A stretch of DNA of 64,000 nt, taken from positions 4,032,001-4,096,000 of the forward strand of contig CBDCGL010000011.1 of the NCBI GenBank assembly GCA_965216755.1, written 5' to 3'. Of the stretch, positions 9,753-23,548 are shown piece after piece. This DNA is from Alphaproteobacteria bacterium (GTDB lineage: Bacteria > Pseudomonadota > Alphaproteobacteria > UBA7887). Positions within the stretch are counted from its first letter, which is position 1. Each line of letters starts with the position of its first letter. A model generated the notes under the pieces. It did no database searches. It had not been told where the DNA came from and saw only the letters and a program-made list of their open reading frames with translations. A program made the translations under genes and the position numbers.

Positions 9753-10877
9753 TCAGCCCGCGTATGTGATGCGGTAGATGACACCGGCGTGATCATCGGC
9801 AACCAATAATGCACCGTCGGGCATGACCAGCACATCCGTCGGTCGACCCCATGCGGATTGGCCCTGTAGCCAACCCTCGGCAAAAACTTCGTAGGCTATC
9901 GCTTTGCCGGCGTCATCAAGCCGAACCAGCGTGACGCGATACCCGATCTTTTCGCTCCGGTTCCAGGAACCGTGTTCGGCAATGAATATTTGGTTACGGT
10001 ACGATTCCGGAAATTGGTCGCCGTCGTAGAACGTCAGGCCCAGGGGCGCCACATGTGGCCCCAAGGGTTGAGCCGGCGCCCGAAAATCGCTGCATGGGTA
10101 GCGGTTGCCATAGGACGGATCGGCGATGTCGCCGCCGTGGCAATAAGGGAATCCGAAATGCATATCTGCCGCCGGGGCGTGGTTGAGTTCGCAAGGCGGT
10201 ACATCGTCGCCCAGATTGTCGCGACCATTGTCGGTGAACCACAGTTCGCCGGTATCCGGGTGCCAGGCGAAGCCGACAGAGTTGCGAACGCCGCGCGCGA
10301 ACACCTCACGTGCACTGCCATCGGGATTCATGCGCAGGATCGTGCCGTAGGGATCGCCCGGCTCGCAGACATTGCAGGGCGCGCCGACCGGAACGTACAA
10401 CTTGCCGTCGGGTCCGAAGTCGATAAATTTCCAGCCGTGATGGCGATCGGACGGAAACGGGTCACCGACCGTGACCGGGGTCGGCGGCGCATCGAGCTGC
10501 GACTCGATTTTGTCGTAGCGCAACACGCGGTCGATTTCGCCGACATAGAGCGCACCATCGTGAAACGCGACGCCGCTCGGAAAGTTCAATTTACGCGCAA
10601 TGACGTGGGTGACATCGGCACGGCCGTCTCCGTCGGTGTCGACAACCGCGTACACGTTGCCGGCGCTGCGCGACCCGACGAACAGGGTACCTTGGTCACC
10701 CAGCGCCATTTCCCGGGCGTTGGGCACGGCATCCGCGTAGACCTCAATCGAGAAGCCATCGGGCAACTTGATGTCATCGAGACGATCTTGGCCGCAGGCC
10801 GGCAAAGCGATCGCCATGACGGCGCTAGCGGCCGCCAACATACCTCCGACGTTCCATTCACTCTTGCGCATTGCCAT
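9753..10877 (-). CDS. Glucose/sorbosone dehydrogenase-family beta-propeller, probable lipoprotein
   Basis: HHGWKFIDFGPDGKLY, GAPCNVC, GVRNSVG, EHGSWNR. Lipobox-like LPAC. Confidence 0.88.
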   Translation of the reverse strand: MAMRKSEWNVGGMLAAASAVMAIALPACGQDRLDDIKLPDGFSIEVYADAVPNAREMALGDQGTLFVGSRSAGNVYAVVDTDGDGRADVTHVIARKLNFPSGVAFHDGALYVGEIDRVLRYDKIESQLDAPPTPVTVGDPFPSDRHHGWKFIDFGPDGKLYVPVGAPCNVCEPGDPYGTILRMNPDGSAREVFARGVRNSVGFAWHPDTGELWFTDNGRDNLGDDVPPCELNHAPAADMHFGFPYCHGGDIADPSYGNRYPCSDFRAPAQPLGPHVAPLGLTFYDGDQFPESYRNQIFIAEHGSWNRSEKIGYRVTLVRLDDAGKAIAYEVFAEGWLQGQSAWGRPTDVLVMPDGALLVADDHAGVIYRITYAG

Positions 10878-10925
10878 TCATCTTTCACACGTATTTCTGA
10901 TCCGCAATGAGCGGCCAGAGCTCCT

Positions 10926-12572
10926 CTACATATTGGGATAGTTTGGGCCGCCGCCACCTTCGGGCACGACCCAAACGATGTTTTGCGTTGGATCCTTGAT
11001 GTCGCAGGTTTTGCAATGGACGCAATTCTGCGCGTTAATTTGCAGCCGCGGCGCGCCGCCCGCGTCGTCGGTCACGATTTCATAGACGCCGGCCGGGCAA
11101 TAGCGCTGTTCCGGCGCGTCATATTCGGCCAGATTCGTTGTGATCGGCACAGTGTCGTCTTTGAGAGTCAAATGCGCCGGCTGATCTTCTTCATGGTTGG
11201 TGGCGGAATAGGCGACGTTGGTCAGGCGATCGAAACTGACGACACCATCCGCCTTCGGATATTCGATCGGCGTCGCGCTGGCCGCCGTCTGCAGCGATTC
11301 ATGATCGGCATGCGCGTGGCGCAGTGTCCACGGCGCCTTGCCGCGCAACACAGTTTGATCGACGCCGGTATAAAGCGTGCCGCCAATCAAACCCCATTTG
11401 AACGCGGGCCGGACATTGCGCGCCCGATGAAGTTCATCGTGGACCCACGATTTCCGAAAGGCGTCTTCGTAGCCGGCAAGGTCCGGTGTCGCCGCCGCCG
11501 ATCTCAACGCCCCGAACGCGGTTTCGGCGGCGAGCATGCCAGATTTCATGGCGGTATGGGTGCCTTTAATCTTCGGCATATTGAGCGTGCCGGCTTCGCA
11601 GCCAATTAAGGCGCCTCCGGGAAAAGACAATTTCGGCAAACACTGCAATCCGCCCTCATTCAGCGCGCGAGCACCGTATGCGGTGCGGCGCCCGCCCTCT
11701 AGTGTTGGTCGAATCGCCGGATGGGTCTTAAAGCGCTGAAATTCCTCAAAAGGGCTGAGATACGGATTCCTGTAATCCAGTCCGATAACAAAACCGATCG
11801 CGACCTGATTGTTTTCCAAATGGTAGAGAAACGAGCCGCCATAGGTGCCGCGGTCAAGCGGCCAGCCAGCGGTATGAACAACCAGCCCCGGTTGATGCTT
11901 GTCCGGCGCGATTTCCCATAGCTCCTTCAGGCCAATGCCATACGTTTGTTCCTGTGCGCCGGCACGCAAATCAAATCGATCGATGATTTGCTTGCCAAGA
12001 CTGCCCCGGCAGCCTTCGGCAAACAGCGTCACTTTGGCGCGCAGCTCGACGCCACGTTGGAAATTTGGCCCTCGCTCGCCGGTTTTGGTGATTCCCATAT
12101 CACCGGTGGCAACACCGACCACCGCGCCGCCGTCATCGTACAGAATCTCAGCGGCGGCAAATCCTGGATAAATCTCGACACCCAGGGCCTCGGCCTGTTC
12201 ACCGAGCCAACGCACCAAGTTGCCCAAGCTGATGATGTAGTTGCCACGATTGTGCATGGCCGGTGGCAGTGTCCAGGTCGGCCAGGATAGGCTGCCCGTT
12301 TCGGACAAAAACATGAAACGTTCGGCGCTGACAGGGGTGTTGACCGGCGCCCCGTCTTGCTTCCAGTTGGGCAGGAGTTCGTCAAGCGCGCGGGTTTCCA
12401 GAACGGCGCCTGAGAGGATATGGGCACCGACTTCCGAGCCTTTTTCGACAACGCAAACGCCTAGTTCGACATCGTTCTCGGCGCATAATTGCTTCAGCCG
12501 TATCGCGGCTGCAAGACCACTCGGGCCTGCGCCGACGACAACGACGTCATAATCCATTGATTCACGTTCCAT
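10926..12572 (-). CDS. Electron transfer flavoprotein-ubiquinone oxidoreductase
   Basis: GAGPSG FAD motif, [27 protein letters not shown] 4Fe-4S motif, PEGGGGPNY. Confidence 0.96.
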   Translation of the reverse strand: MERESMDYDVVVVGAGPSGLAAAIRLKQLCAENDVELGVCVVEKGSEVGAHILSGAVLETRALDELLPNWKQDGAPVNTPVSAERFMFLSETGSLSWPTWTLPPAMHNRGNYIISLGNLVRWLGEQAEALGVEIYPGFAAAEILYDDGGAVVGVATGDMGITKTGERGPNFQRGVELRAKVTLFAEGCRGSLGKQIIDRFDLRAGAQEQTYGIGLKELWEIAPDKHQPGLVVHTAGWPLDRGTYGGSFLYHLENNQVAIGFVIGLDYRNPYLSPFEEFQRFKTHPAIRPTLEGGRRTAYGARALNEGGLQCLPKLSFPGGALIGCEAGTLNMPKIKGTHTAMKSGMLAAETAFGALRSAAATPDLAGYEDAFRKSWVHDELHRARNVRPAFKWGLIGGTLYTGVDQTVLRGKAPWTLRHAHADHESLQTAASATPIEYPKADGVVSFDRLTNVAYSATNHEEDQPAHLTLKDDTVPITTNLAEYDAPEQRYCPAGVYEIVTDDAGGAPRLQINAQNCVHCKTCDIKDPTQNIVWVVPEGGGGPNYPNM

Positions 12573-12662
12573 CGCTCGACCTCGGACGCCATGCTACCGT
12601 CAACTCTTCGCGGTTGCCGTTTATAAGTGATCGCCCGGCACGGATAAATGTTGCCGTTCCCG

Positions 12663-13469
12663 CTAAATTGCTGCCTGCAGCCATGGTAGCACCTGCGCGT
12701 GCAGGGTGGGATCGCCGGCCGCGACAATGGCGGTGTTGTCGACTGCCGCGCCACCGTCCCAGCCGGTGACGATTCCGCCCGCGCCCTCGATCACGGGGAC
12801 CAGCGCGCAGATATCCCACAGCTTCAAGTCCGCTTCGGTGATAAGGTCAATGCTGCCGGCGGCCAACATGCCATAGGCGTAACAATTGCCGCCGAATTGG
12901 CACACATGGGTGCCGTCCAAAAGCCGCGCAAAGGTGGCCTTTTGGGCTGGGGTCTTCATCATGCGCGGGTCGGTCAGGGCATAGACCGCAGCATCGAGGT
13001 CCGGGCATGAACGGGTGGTGACCTTGTCGCCGTTCAAAGTGGTGCCGGCGGGTGTTCCCACGAAGCGGTCTTTGACAATCGGTTGGTCGATCACGCCGAT
13101 CAGGGGGCGGCCCTGATGCATGAGCCCGATCAGGGTACCAAATAGCGGCAAGCCGGAAATGAAGGCGCGGGTTCCATCAATCGGGTCGATCACCCAACAC
13201 CATTCGGCATCGGCCTGGTCGGCACCGTGTTCCTCGCCGACTATGCCGTGGTCCGGGTGTGTCGCGCGCAGGATGTCGCGCATCGCGGCCTCCGCCTCGC
13301 GATCGGCGCGGGTCACGGGCTGACCCATCTCGGATGTCGAGGGTTTGTCGTCGATGCCCAGTTCGGCGCGAAACAACGGTGCAATTATTGCGCGCGCGGC
13401 GTCGGCCAAACGCTCGGCCAAGGCCGTCATTTGCGCAACGACAGGATCGCTCAGCGACTCGGTTGGCAT
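12663..13469 (-). CDS. hisN: Histidinol-phosphatase, inositol monophosphatase family
   Basis: PVTRADREAE, GEE, WVIDPIDGTRAF, GGNCYAY, WD motif. Confidence 0.8.
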   Translation of the reverse strand: MPTESLSDPVVAQMTALAERLADAARAIIAPLFRAELGIDDKPSTSEMGQPVTRADREAEAAMRDILRATHPDHGIVGEEHGADQADAEWCWVIDPIDGTRAFISGLPLFGTLIGLMHQGRPLIGVIDQPIVKDRFVGTPAGTTLNGDKVTTRSCPDLDAAVYALTDPRMMKTPAQKATFARLLDGTHVCQFGGNCYAYGMLAAGSIDLITEADLKLWDICALVPVIEGAGGIVTGWDGGAAVDNTAIVAAGDPTLHAQVLPWLQAAI

Positions 13470-13540
13470 GGCAATTTCCCATCCTGACTGCTTGAGATTC
13501 ATGCTCGACCATTAGTCGATCCAATTGGCCATGGGGCGAG

Positions 13541-13574
13541 AAAAAAAGGGCGCGCCCGAAGGCACGCCCTTTTG
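13541..13574 (-). terminator. Rho-independent terminator of the cyclase gene
   Basis: Minus strand reads AAAGGGCGTGCC-TTCG-GGCGCGCCC-TTTTTTT (UUCG loop, U-tract), 20 nt after the stop. Confidence 0.88.
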
Positions 13575-13594
13575 TTTGCAAAGCGGAAATCCGC

Positions 13595-14662
13595 CTACCA
13601 GATTGCCACCGGTGCGCCGATGGAACCGGTTGCACCCTTCACGGGAACCGGCGAATAGAAGTACGCAAAGACGTAGACACCCGCGTCGGCGAGTTCTTTC
13701 AATCTCATATTCTCTTGATTGACGATGCCGTGACGCGCTTGCAAGAACGTATGGACGCAGAACGCACAGGCAGGATCCGGGTTTGGAACCGCGTCACCCG
13801 GCCAGGTGTCGAAACCCGTGACGCCGGCTTTGACGTCTTCCGCGATCCAACGCGCGACTTCCATGCCGATGCCGGGGCAACCGTCATTGTAGGTCGCTGG
13901 ATCTCCCCAATGCATTTCCCAACCGGTGCGAATGATCACGGCGTCACCAGGCATAAACTCAAAGCCGGCCATACCCTGGCGTTCGAGCGCGGCATTGACA
14001 TCGGCCATGGTTACGACCTCACCTTTCGCCATGGAGTCGACGCCGCGCGCGCCGGCGACGTCAATCAAAACGCCGCGGGCAACGATCGGGTTCAGCATTT
14101 CAGTGCCGTTCTTGTTGAGGCCGTATGGTGAGCCCATTTCGGCCGCCGTGGCACCGTTGTACCAACGCATATCGTTCTTATCGCCCGGTGCGCCGACCCG
14201 CACGCCGATGTGGCCCAAGCCGTCAAACTGGGTGCCGACTTGCCCAATTTCCGTGGACAGGAATTCGTCGTTCCACATGATTTGGTTGGCGCCGAATGGG
14301 CCACCGGTCGGGGTGCCCGGAATCCGCAGGCTAAACTTGCGGGCGCCAAACAGAGGCATTTCGGCCGTGTAATTGTGGCCGAGCTTCATGGTATTGCCAG
14401 TCTGGATCTGCGCAATCGCGCGCATCACGACTTCGGTTTGTTTGTACCAGTTGGTCGAGCCAGCTTGATCACCTTCGCCCCACAGCGGGTTGGGCCACCA
14501 TTTCGAGCCCAGCGGTGTATCCATCACGTCGCCATCGACCCATGGTTTGCCGGCACATTCTTGCCAGTTTTCGGCTGAGCATTCGGCAAATGCGGTCGTT
14601 GTCGTCATCGCCATGGCGGCACCCACCGCACCCGCGATGGCCAACGTTCGTAACGCTGTCAT
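13595..14662 (-). CDS. Secreted cyclase-family (kynurenine formamidase-like) metallohydrolase
   Basis: Signal peptide, QVGTQFDGLGH, RGVLID, IRTGW, EN motif, GATGS. RBS GGAGG. Confidence 0.85.
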   Translation of the reverse strand: MTALRTLAIAGAVGAAMAMTTTTAFAECSAENWQECAGKPWVDGDVMDTPLGSKWWPNPLWGEGDQAGSTNWYKQTEVVMRAIAQIQTGNTMKLGHNYTAEMPLFGARKFSLRIPGTPTGGPFGANQIMWNDEFLSTEIGQVGTQFDGLGHIGVRVGAPGDKNDMRWYNGATAAEMGSPYGLNKNGTEMLNPIVARGVLIDVAGARGVDSMAKGEVVTMADVNAALERQGMAGFEFMPGDAVIIRTGWEMHWGDPATYNDGCPGIGMEVARWIAEDVKAGVTGFDTWPGDAVPNPDPACAFCVHTFLQARHGIVNQENMRLKELADAGVYVFAYFYSPVPVKGATGSIGAPVAIW

Positions 14663-14836
14663 CAGGTTTCCTCCCTAGAGACGTATGATCATTTATTCTA
14701 CGAAGACTGTTGTATTTATTGCAAGGATGACGACCTTTGCTGGGCATTGGGCGCCACCACGGGGTGATGTGCAGCACCGGCGCCAGCATGGTATAGTTTG
14801 GCTGGTGGAGTGGGCCAAAACGGGCGGGAAAAACAT

Positions 14837-15655
14837 ATGGAATTACACGATTGTGCTGCGACAAGAACTTGTTGGCGCTGGTTCGTGGTCGCCTTGGTCG
14901 CGCTGGTGGTGGGAGCCTGCGGCACGACCGAGGACGAATATGTCGAGCGTCCGGTCGACGACCTCTACAACGAAGCGATGGATCTGTTGCTGGGTGGTGA
15001 CTACAAGCCGGCCGCTGTCGCGTTTGAAGAGGTGGAACGTCAGCACCCCTACTCGGTGTGGGCGACCAAGGCCCAATTAATGGCCGCCTATGCCTATTAC
15101 CAGAACAACGACTATGATGAAGCGGTCATCGCCTCGGAGCGCTTTATTGAACTGCATCCGGGCAACAGCGATGTGCCCTACGCGCGCTACCTGATCGGCA
15201 TCAGCTATTACGAACAGATCACCGACGTGGGCCGCGACCAGAAGAACACGGCATTGGCGGTCGAGTCATTCGAGGAAGTGACGCGCCGCTATCCGGACTC
15301 TCGATATGCGCGCGATTCGCAACTGAAACTCGACCTTGCCCGCGACCACTTGGCCGGCAAGGAAATGGAAATCGGTCGCACCTATCAAGATTTGGAATAC
15401 TATCTTGCCGCCATTAATCGCTTCCGGACAGTTGTGGAGAGATACCAAACCACCAGCCACGTGGCGGAAGCCCTGCATCGCCTGACGGAATGCTACTTGG
15501 CGCTGGGTATTGTGGGTGAGGCGCAGGCGACCGCCGCCGTGCTGGGACACAACTTTCCTGGCAGCGATTGGTATCAGGATTCCTACAGGCTATTGCGCGA
15601 ACAGGAACTTGAGCCACGGCAAAGTTCCGATTCGTGGTTGGCGCGGATGTTTTGA
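14837..15655 (+). CDS. bamD: Outer membrane protein assembly factor BamD
   Basis: Lipobox VGAC, EEVERQHPYS, RDQ, LAGKEMEIGR, YLAAINRF. Confidence 0.95.
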   Translation: MELHDCAATRTCWRWFVVALVALVVGACGTTEDEYVERPVDDLYNEAMDLLLGGDYKPAAVAFEEVERQHPYSVWATKAQLMAAYAYYQNNDYDEAVIASERFIELHPGNSDVPYARYLIGISYYEQITDVGRDQKNTALAVESFEEVTRRYPDSRYARDSQLKLDLARDHLAGKEMEIGRTYQDLEYYLAAINRFRTVVERYQTTSHVAEALHRLTECYLALGIVGEAQATAAVLGHNFPGSDWYQDSYRLLREQELEPRQSSDSWLARMF

Positions 15656-15707
15656 GCCGATAGCCAAGTTTCTGGCCCCTGAGCGCAAGGCGAGGCAACG
15701 GAGCCCC

Positions 15708-19522
<3,815 letters not shown>

Positions 19523-19614
19523 AATGTAAGCTGGAACCCCCCTCATAATGCTTTGATTTGCGACGCAAGCGGCGAACGCTATGGGTTGGATAATCGACAA
19601 AGGGATAGGGTGCA

Positions 19615-20415
19615 ATGACCGCAACCAGAGATATTGAGGACTCCGCCACGGGCGGTGGTCAGATATCCCGTCTGGCCCTGATTGGCCTCGCGCTTGCGAT
19701 CCTGTCGGTGGTCGTTTTGGTTGGGGCGGCGCTGGGCTATCGCGCTGGCATTTGGGATGTTCCGTTTGCGCTGCTCACGCTGACCAAATTTGCCACCTAT
19801 GGCGCCGGAATTGGCGTGATTGTGTCACTGATTGCCATTGGCCGCACCTTGCCGGGTGGTCCGCGCCGCGGCTTGGTTAGTGCCATTGTTGGCGTCGTCG
19901 TTGGTGCCGGCGCGTTCTATCAAATCGCGCAGCAATGGTACACGGTCAGAACTGTCCCGTTTATTCACGACATCACCACCGACACCGCGACGCCGCCCAC
20001 GTTTGAGGCCGTACTCACGGCGCGCCAGGCTGAGGGTGCAAACGCCCACGAATATGCTGGGCCGGAATTGGCCGCCAAACAGCAATATGGCTATCCAGAC
20101 ATCGTGCCGTTTATGGTCGAAGTCGACCAAGACGAAGCTTTTGAGCGCGCCCGGACGGTCGCGGAAAGTATGGATTGGGAAATTGTCGCCGCTGACAAGG
20201 CGACAGGGCGCATCGAAGCCACCGACACGACCATGTGGTACGGTTTCAAAGACGATATTGTGATCCGTGTATCGCCGGCCGGCGACGGTCCGGAATTTGG
20301 TAGCCGCATTGACATGCGCAGCCTAAGCCGTGTTGGGCGCAGCGATGTGGGCAAGAACGCGGCGCGGATTCGGCTATATATGGCGGCGCTGGAGTCATCG
20401 TTCAGCGCCCGCTGA
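19615..20415 (+). CDS. DUF1499-family membrane protein
   Basis: Three TM helices, IHDITTD, GRIEAT..WYGFKDD, RSLSRVGRSDVGKNAARI. Confidence 0.85.
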   Translation: MTATRDIEDSATGGGQISRLALIGLALAILSVVVLVGAALGYRAGIWDVPFALLTLTKFATYGAGIGVIVSLIAIGRTLPGGPRRGLVSAIVGVVVGAGAFYQIAQQWYTVRTVPFIHDITTDTATPPTFEAVLTARQAEGANAHEYAGPELAAKQQYGYPDIVPFMVEVDQDEAFERARTVAESMDWEIVAADKATGRIEATDTTMWYGFKDDIVIRVSPAGDGPEFGSRIDMRSLSRVGRSDVGKNAARIRLYMAALESSFSAR

Positions 20416-22230
20416 TTACGATAGCGGCTGTGTGGCCTGATGGAGCCAGGCGTCACAATCGGACTCCATGAGCGGTGAAAGCGTCGCGGCGACGTTGGCA
20501 TGATAGCTGTTCAGCCACGCAATTTCTCGATCGTTGAGTAGGCCACGATCAATAAGCCGGCGGTCGATTGGCGCCAAAGTCAACGTTTCAAAACCCAAAA
20601 GCTCTCGTTCGGCACCCTTCGGCGCGTCGCGGCGAGTCACCGCCACCAGATTCTCGATCCGAATGCCATACGCGCCGGTCTTGTAGTAGCCGGGTTCGTT
20701 CGATACGATCATGCCTGGTTGCAGCGGCGCGTCGCCGGCCCGTTTGCTGATTCGATGCGGTCCCTCGTGAACATTCAGATAGCTGCCGACGCCATGGCCG
20801 GTGCCATGATCGTAGTCGAGCCCCGCTTGCCACAGGGCCTGCCGCGCCAATACATCCAGCTGACCGCCCGTGGTGCCGACCGGAAAACACGCCGTCGCAA
20901 TCGCGATATGCCCCTTTAACACGCGCGTAAAACGATCGCGCATTTCATCGCTGGGGTCGCCAATCACGACGGTGCGCGTGATGTCGGTGGTGCCATCACG
21001 ATATTGACCACCGGAATCGACCAAATACAGCGCACCGGGAACAAGTGGCCGGTTGCTTTCGGGTGTGACGCGATAATGTACGATGGCGCCGTTGGCACCT
21101 GCGCCGGAGATGGTCGGGAAACTGAGGCCGGTGAGATGTTCGCCGTCGCGGCGAAAGGCTTCGAGACGGTCGGCGGCGTCGATTTCCGTGATCGCGCCGT
21201 CGATCGCTTCCCGATCGAGCCAATGGAGGAACCGTGTCACTGCCACGCCATCGCGACGGTGGGCGGCGCGCATGCCATTCAGTTCAACGTCGTTTTTTAT
21301 CGACTTGGGCGTCAAGCACGGGTCGGCCCGTTCATCGATTTTGGCACCTGCCGCCGCGAGGCGCCGAAAAACAACGTCGGGCGTCGTGTGTGGGTCGACG
21401 CGTACGCGCGTCTTCACCAGCGCGTCGAGTGCGGCGCCAAAAGCCTCTGGTGGTGCAATCGAGACCGCGTTGCCGAGATGGGCGCGCAGCTCTGCGTCGA
21501 CTTTTTGGTCGTCGATGAAAAGATCGGCGTGCCCGTTCTTGTGCAAAATAGCGGTCGCCAGCGCGACAGGCGTATAGGGCAGATCGCCGCCTCTCATGTT
21601 CAAAAGCCAGGCGACGGAATCCGTGGCTGTAATGACCGCGGCATCGATCTGTGATTTGGCGAGTTCGTTGGCCAAGTCCGCGCGCTTGTCGGCGGCATCG
21701 CGACCCGTGAAGGCAAGCAGGTGCGCCACGGCGGGCGCCGTTGGCGGCGGCGGACGGTCGTGCCATAGACGGTCGATCGGATTTTCGGCCAGCGCGACCA
21801 TATTGCCGCCGGCCTTCCTTGTCGCGCTCTCAAAGCGGTCGGCCGCGGTGTGGCTATGCAAGCGCGGATCAAAACCGAGTGCCGCGCCCTTAGGCAAATT
21901 GGCCGCGATCCAGCGATCAGGGGGCTGGTCTGTGATCGACAAGACGGAGAACGTCGCGGAATCGACCTCGTCGCCAGCTTGTAGCGTATAGCGGCCGTCG
22001 ACGAACAGAACCGCCTGTTCCGCGAGGACGACAGCAAGCCCGGCCGAGCCCGTAAAGCCGGTCAGCCAGGCCAAGCGTTCGGCGCACGACGGCACATATT
22101 CACCCAGATACTCGTCGGCGCGCGGCACGATCAGACCGTCGCAGCCCTGTTGCGCCAGGGCCGCACGGAGGTCGACAACGCGTGCCGCCGTGACGCTTTT
22201 TTTGGCCGAGGCTCTCGAGGGTTTGCTCAC
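20416..22230 (-). CDS. Aminopeptidase P (M24B)
   Basis: LTGFTGSAG, DSGGQY.DGTTDITRT, HGTGHGVG, HEGP, SNEPGYY, GIRIEN. GTG start inferred. Confidence 0.93.
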   Translation of the reverse strand: MSKPSRASAKKSVTAARVVDLRAALAQQGCDGLIVPRADEYLGEYVPSCAERLAWLTGFTGSAGLAVVLAEQAVLFVDGRYTLQAGDEVDSATFSVLSITDQPPDRWIAANLPKGAALGFDPRLHSHTAADRFESATRKAGGNMVALAENPIDRLWHDRPPPPTAPAVAHLLAFTGRDAADKRADLANELAKSQIDAAVITATDSVAWLLNMRGGDLPYTPVALATAILHKNGHADLFIDDQKVDAELRAHLGNAVSIAPPEAFGAALDALVKTRVRVDPHTTPDVVFRRLAAAGAKIDERADPCLTPKSIKNDVELNGMRAAHRRDGVAVTRFLHWLDREAIDGAITEIDAADRLEAFRRDGEHLTGLSFPTISGAGANGAIVHYRVTPESNRPLVPGALYLVDSGGQYRDGTTDITRTVVIGDPSDEMRDRFTRVLKGHIAIATACFPVGTTGGQLDVLARQALWQAGLDYDHGTGHGVGSYLNVHEGPHRISKRAGDAPLQPGMIVSNEPGYYKTGAYGIRIENLVAVTRRDAPKGAERELLGFETLTLAPIDRRLIDRGLLNDREIAWLNSYHANVAATLSPLMESDCDAWLHQATQPLS

Positions 22231-22386
22231 TCTTTGTTTCAGTATTTTCGTGGGTTGGCGAGACGTCGCCAAGCTAGGCGGTTGCCCACGCGAAAACAAG
22301 TAGAGGGCGGTTTGAAAGCCGGATCCGCCAGTCTAGATCCCTAATGAAGTGCAATTTGCGCCAACGACAGCAGTGGAGCCATTCCG

Positions 22387-22566
22387 ATGGCAGTTGCGAT
22401 CCCTGACGCCGATTCCGCCATCAAAAACGGCGACCATGCAGCGGTTCTTGAACGCTATGGTCGCAGTCTGCATGCGCGCGCCATGGCCGACATTTTGAAA
22501 GTGCTTTCGTCGCTAGTTGGCGACCGCCTTTCGCCGGCCGATGAGGCGCCGGCGGAGGACAAGTAA
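22387..22566 (+). CDS. Small hypothetical protein, 59 aa (not in the ORF track)
   Basis: GGAG RBS, then MAVAIPDADSAIKNGDHAAVLERYGRSLHARAMADILKVLSSLVGDRLSPADEAPAEDK*. Confidence 0.55.
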   Translation: MAVAIPDADSAIKNGDHAAVLERYGRSLHARAMADILKVLSSLVGDRLSPADEAPAEDK

Positions 22567-23435
22567 CGCCAGCGCCCGCGGGGTCTGGTCATCACCAGCG
22601 TGGGCCAATCACTGTCGCGACAATGGGCGACGAGTCGCAGTCCGGCGGCGCGTTGGGCGTTGCGCACCCAGTATTCTTGACTACGCAGAAGTCCCGCTAG
22701 TACCACGATACCGCCGGGTGCCAGGGCGCGGGCGATCTGCGGCGCCATGTCGACCAACGGACTGGCAAGGATATTGGCGGTGATCAATTCGAATGGGCCG
22801 GTTGACGCGATCGCGTGCGCGCGAAAACCCATGCCGTACAAGACACGAACCTGCGCGCCAAGGCGATTGGCGATGATAGTTTGTCGGGCGACGTCAACCG
22901 CGGCCCGATCATTGTCGACCGCGAGAACCCGCGCGGGCCACAATCTGGCTATGGCCATCGCTAGAATTCCGGTGCCGGTGCCCATGTCGAGCGCGCGTCG
23001 CACCCGATGATGGCGCGCCAGCCGGGTTAATGCGATTAGGCAGCCGCGCGTGGTTTCATGATGGCCCGTGCCGAACGCGCGACCGGCGTTGACAAGCAAG
23101 TTTCGGCGACCCGCGCCGACCCGCGCCGGCAAATGCGCGCCGCGGATGCGCAGTCCGCCGACCGAGACTTCGTCGAGCCCAACGAGACCGTTGGCGATCC
23201 AGTCGCGCTGGGCCAGCCGGTTTATGGTCGTGGCCACAGGCCAGCAGTCTGCTGCGCGGGCGGCGATTTCGATTTTGGCTCTGACGTCGGCCTTGTGCGC
23301 GGACGCGCCGAACAGAGCCGTAATACGCCGCGTTGAGCCGCCCATATGGATCGAAATTGCCTGGGCGGCATGCTCCAGGGCCCGTGAAAATGCTTCTGCC
23401 GTATCGGCCGGCACATCGACAATCGCTTGCCACAT
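22455..23435 (-). CDS. prmA: Ribosomal protein L11 methyltransferase
   Basis: AFGTGHHETT, LDMGTGTGIL, ANILA. C-terminus runs about 38 aa beyond the usual end. Confidence 0.88.
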   Translation of the reverse strand: MWQAIVDVPADTAEAFSRALEHAAQAISIHMGGSTRRITALFGASAHKADVRAKIEIAARAADCWPVATTINRLAQRDWIANGLVGLDEVSVGGLRIRGAHLPARVGAGRRNLLVNAGRAFGTGHHETTRGCLIALTRLARHHRVRRALDMGTGTGILAMAIARLWPARVLAVDNDRAAVDVARQTIIANRLGAQVRVLYGMGFRAHAIASTGPFELITANILASPLVDMAPQIARALAPGGIVVLAGLLRSQEYWVRNAQRAAGLRLVAHCRDSDWPTLVMTRPRGRWRYLSSAGASSAGERRSPTSDESTFKMSAMARACRLRP

Positions 23436-23548
23436 GACCGGACCATGATGGCGCCGCAGTACGATTGCAAAATGTTTGTTGCTTCGGTCTGGTCGCCATT
23501 GCCTTTAAACTGGTGGCCGACAATGATAGCGGGTGTGGGGAGATTTGA

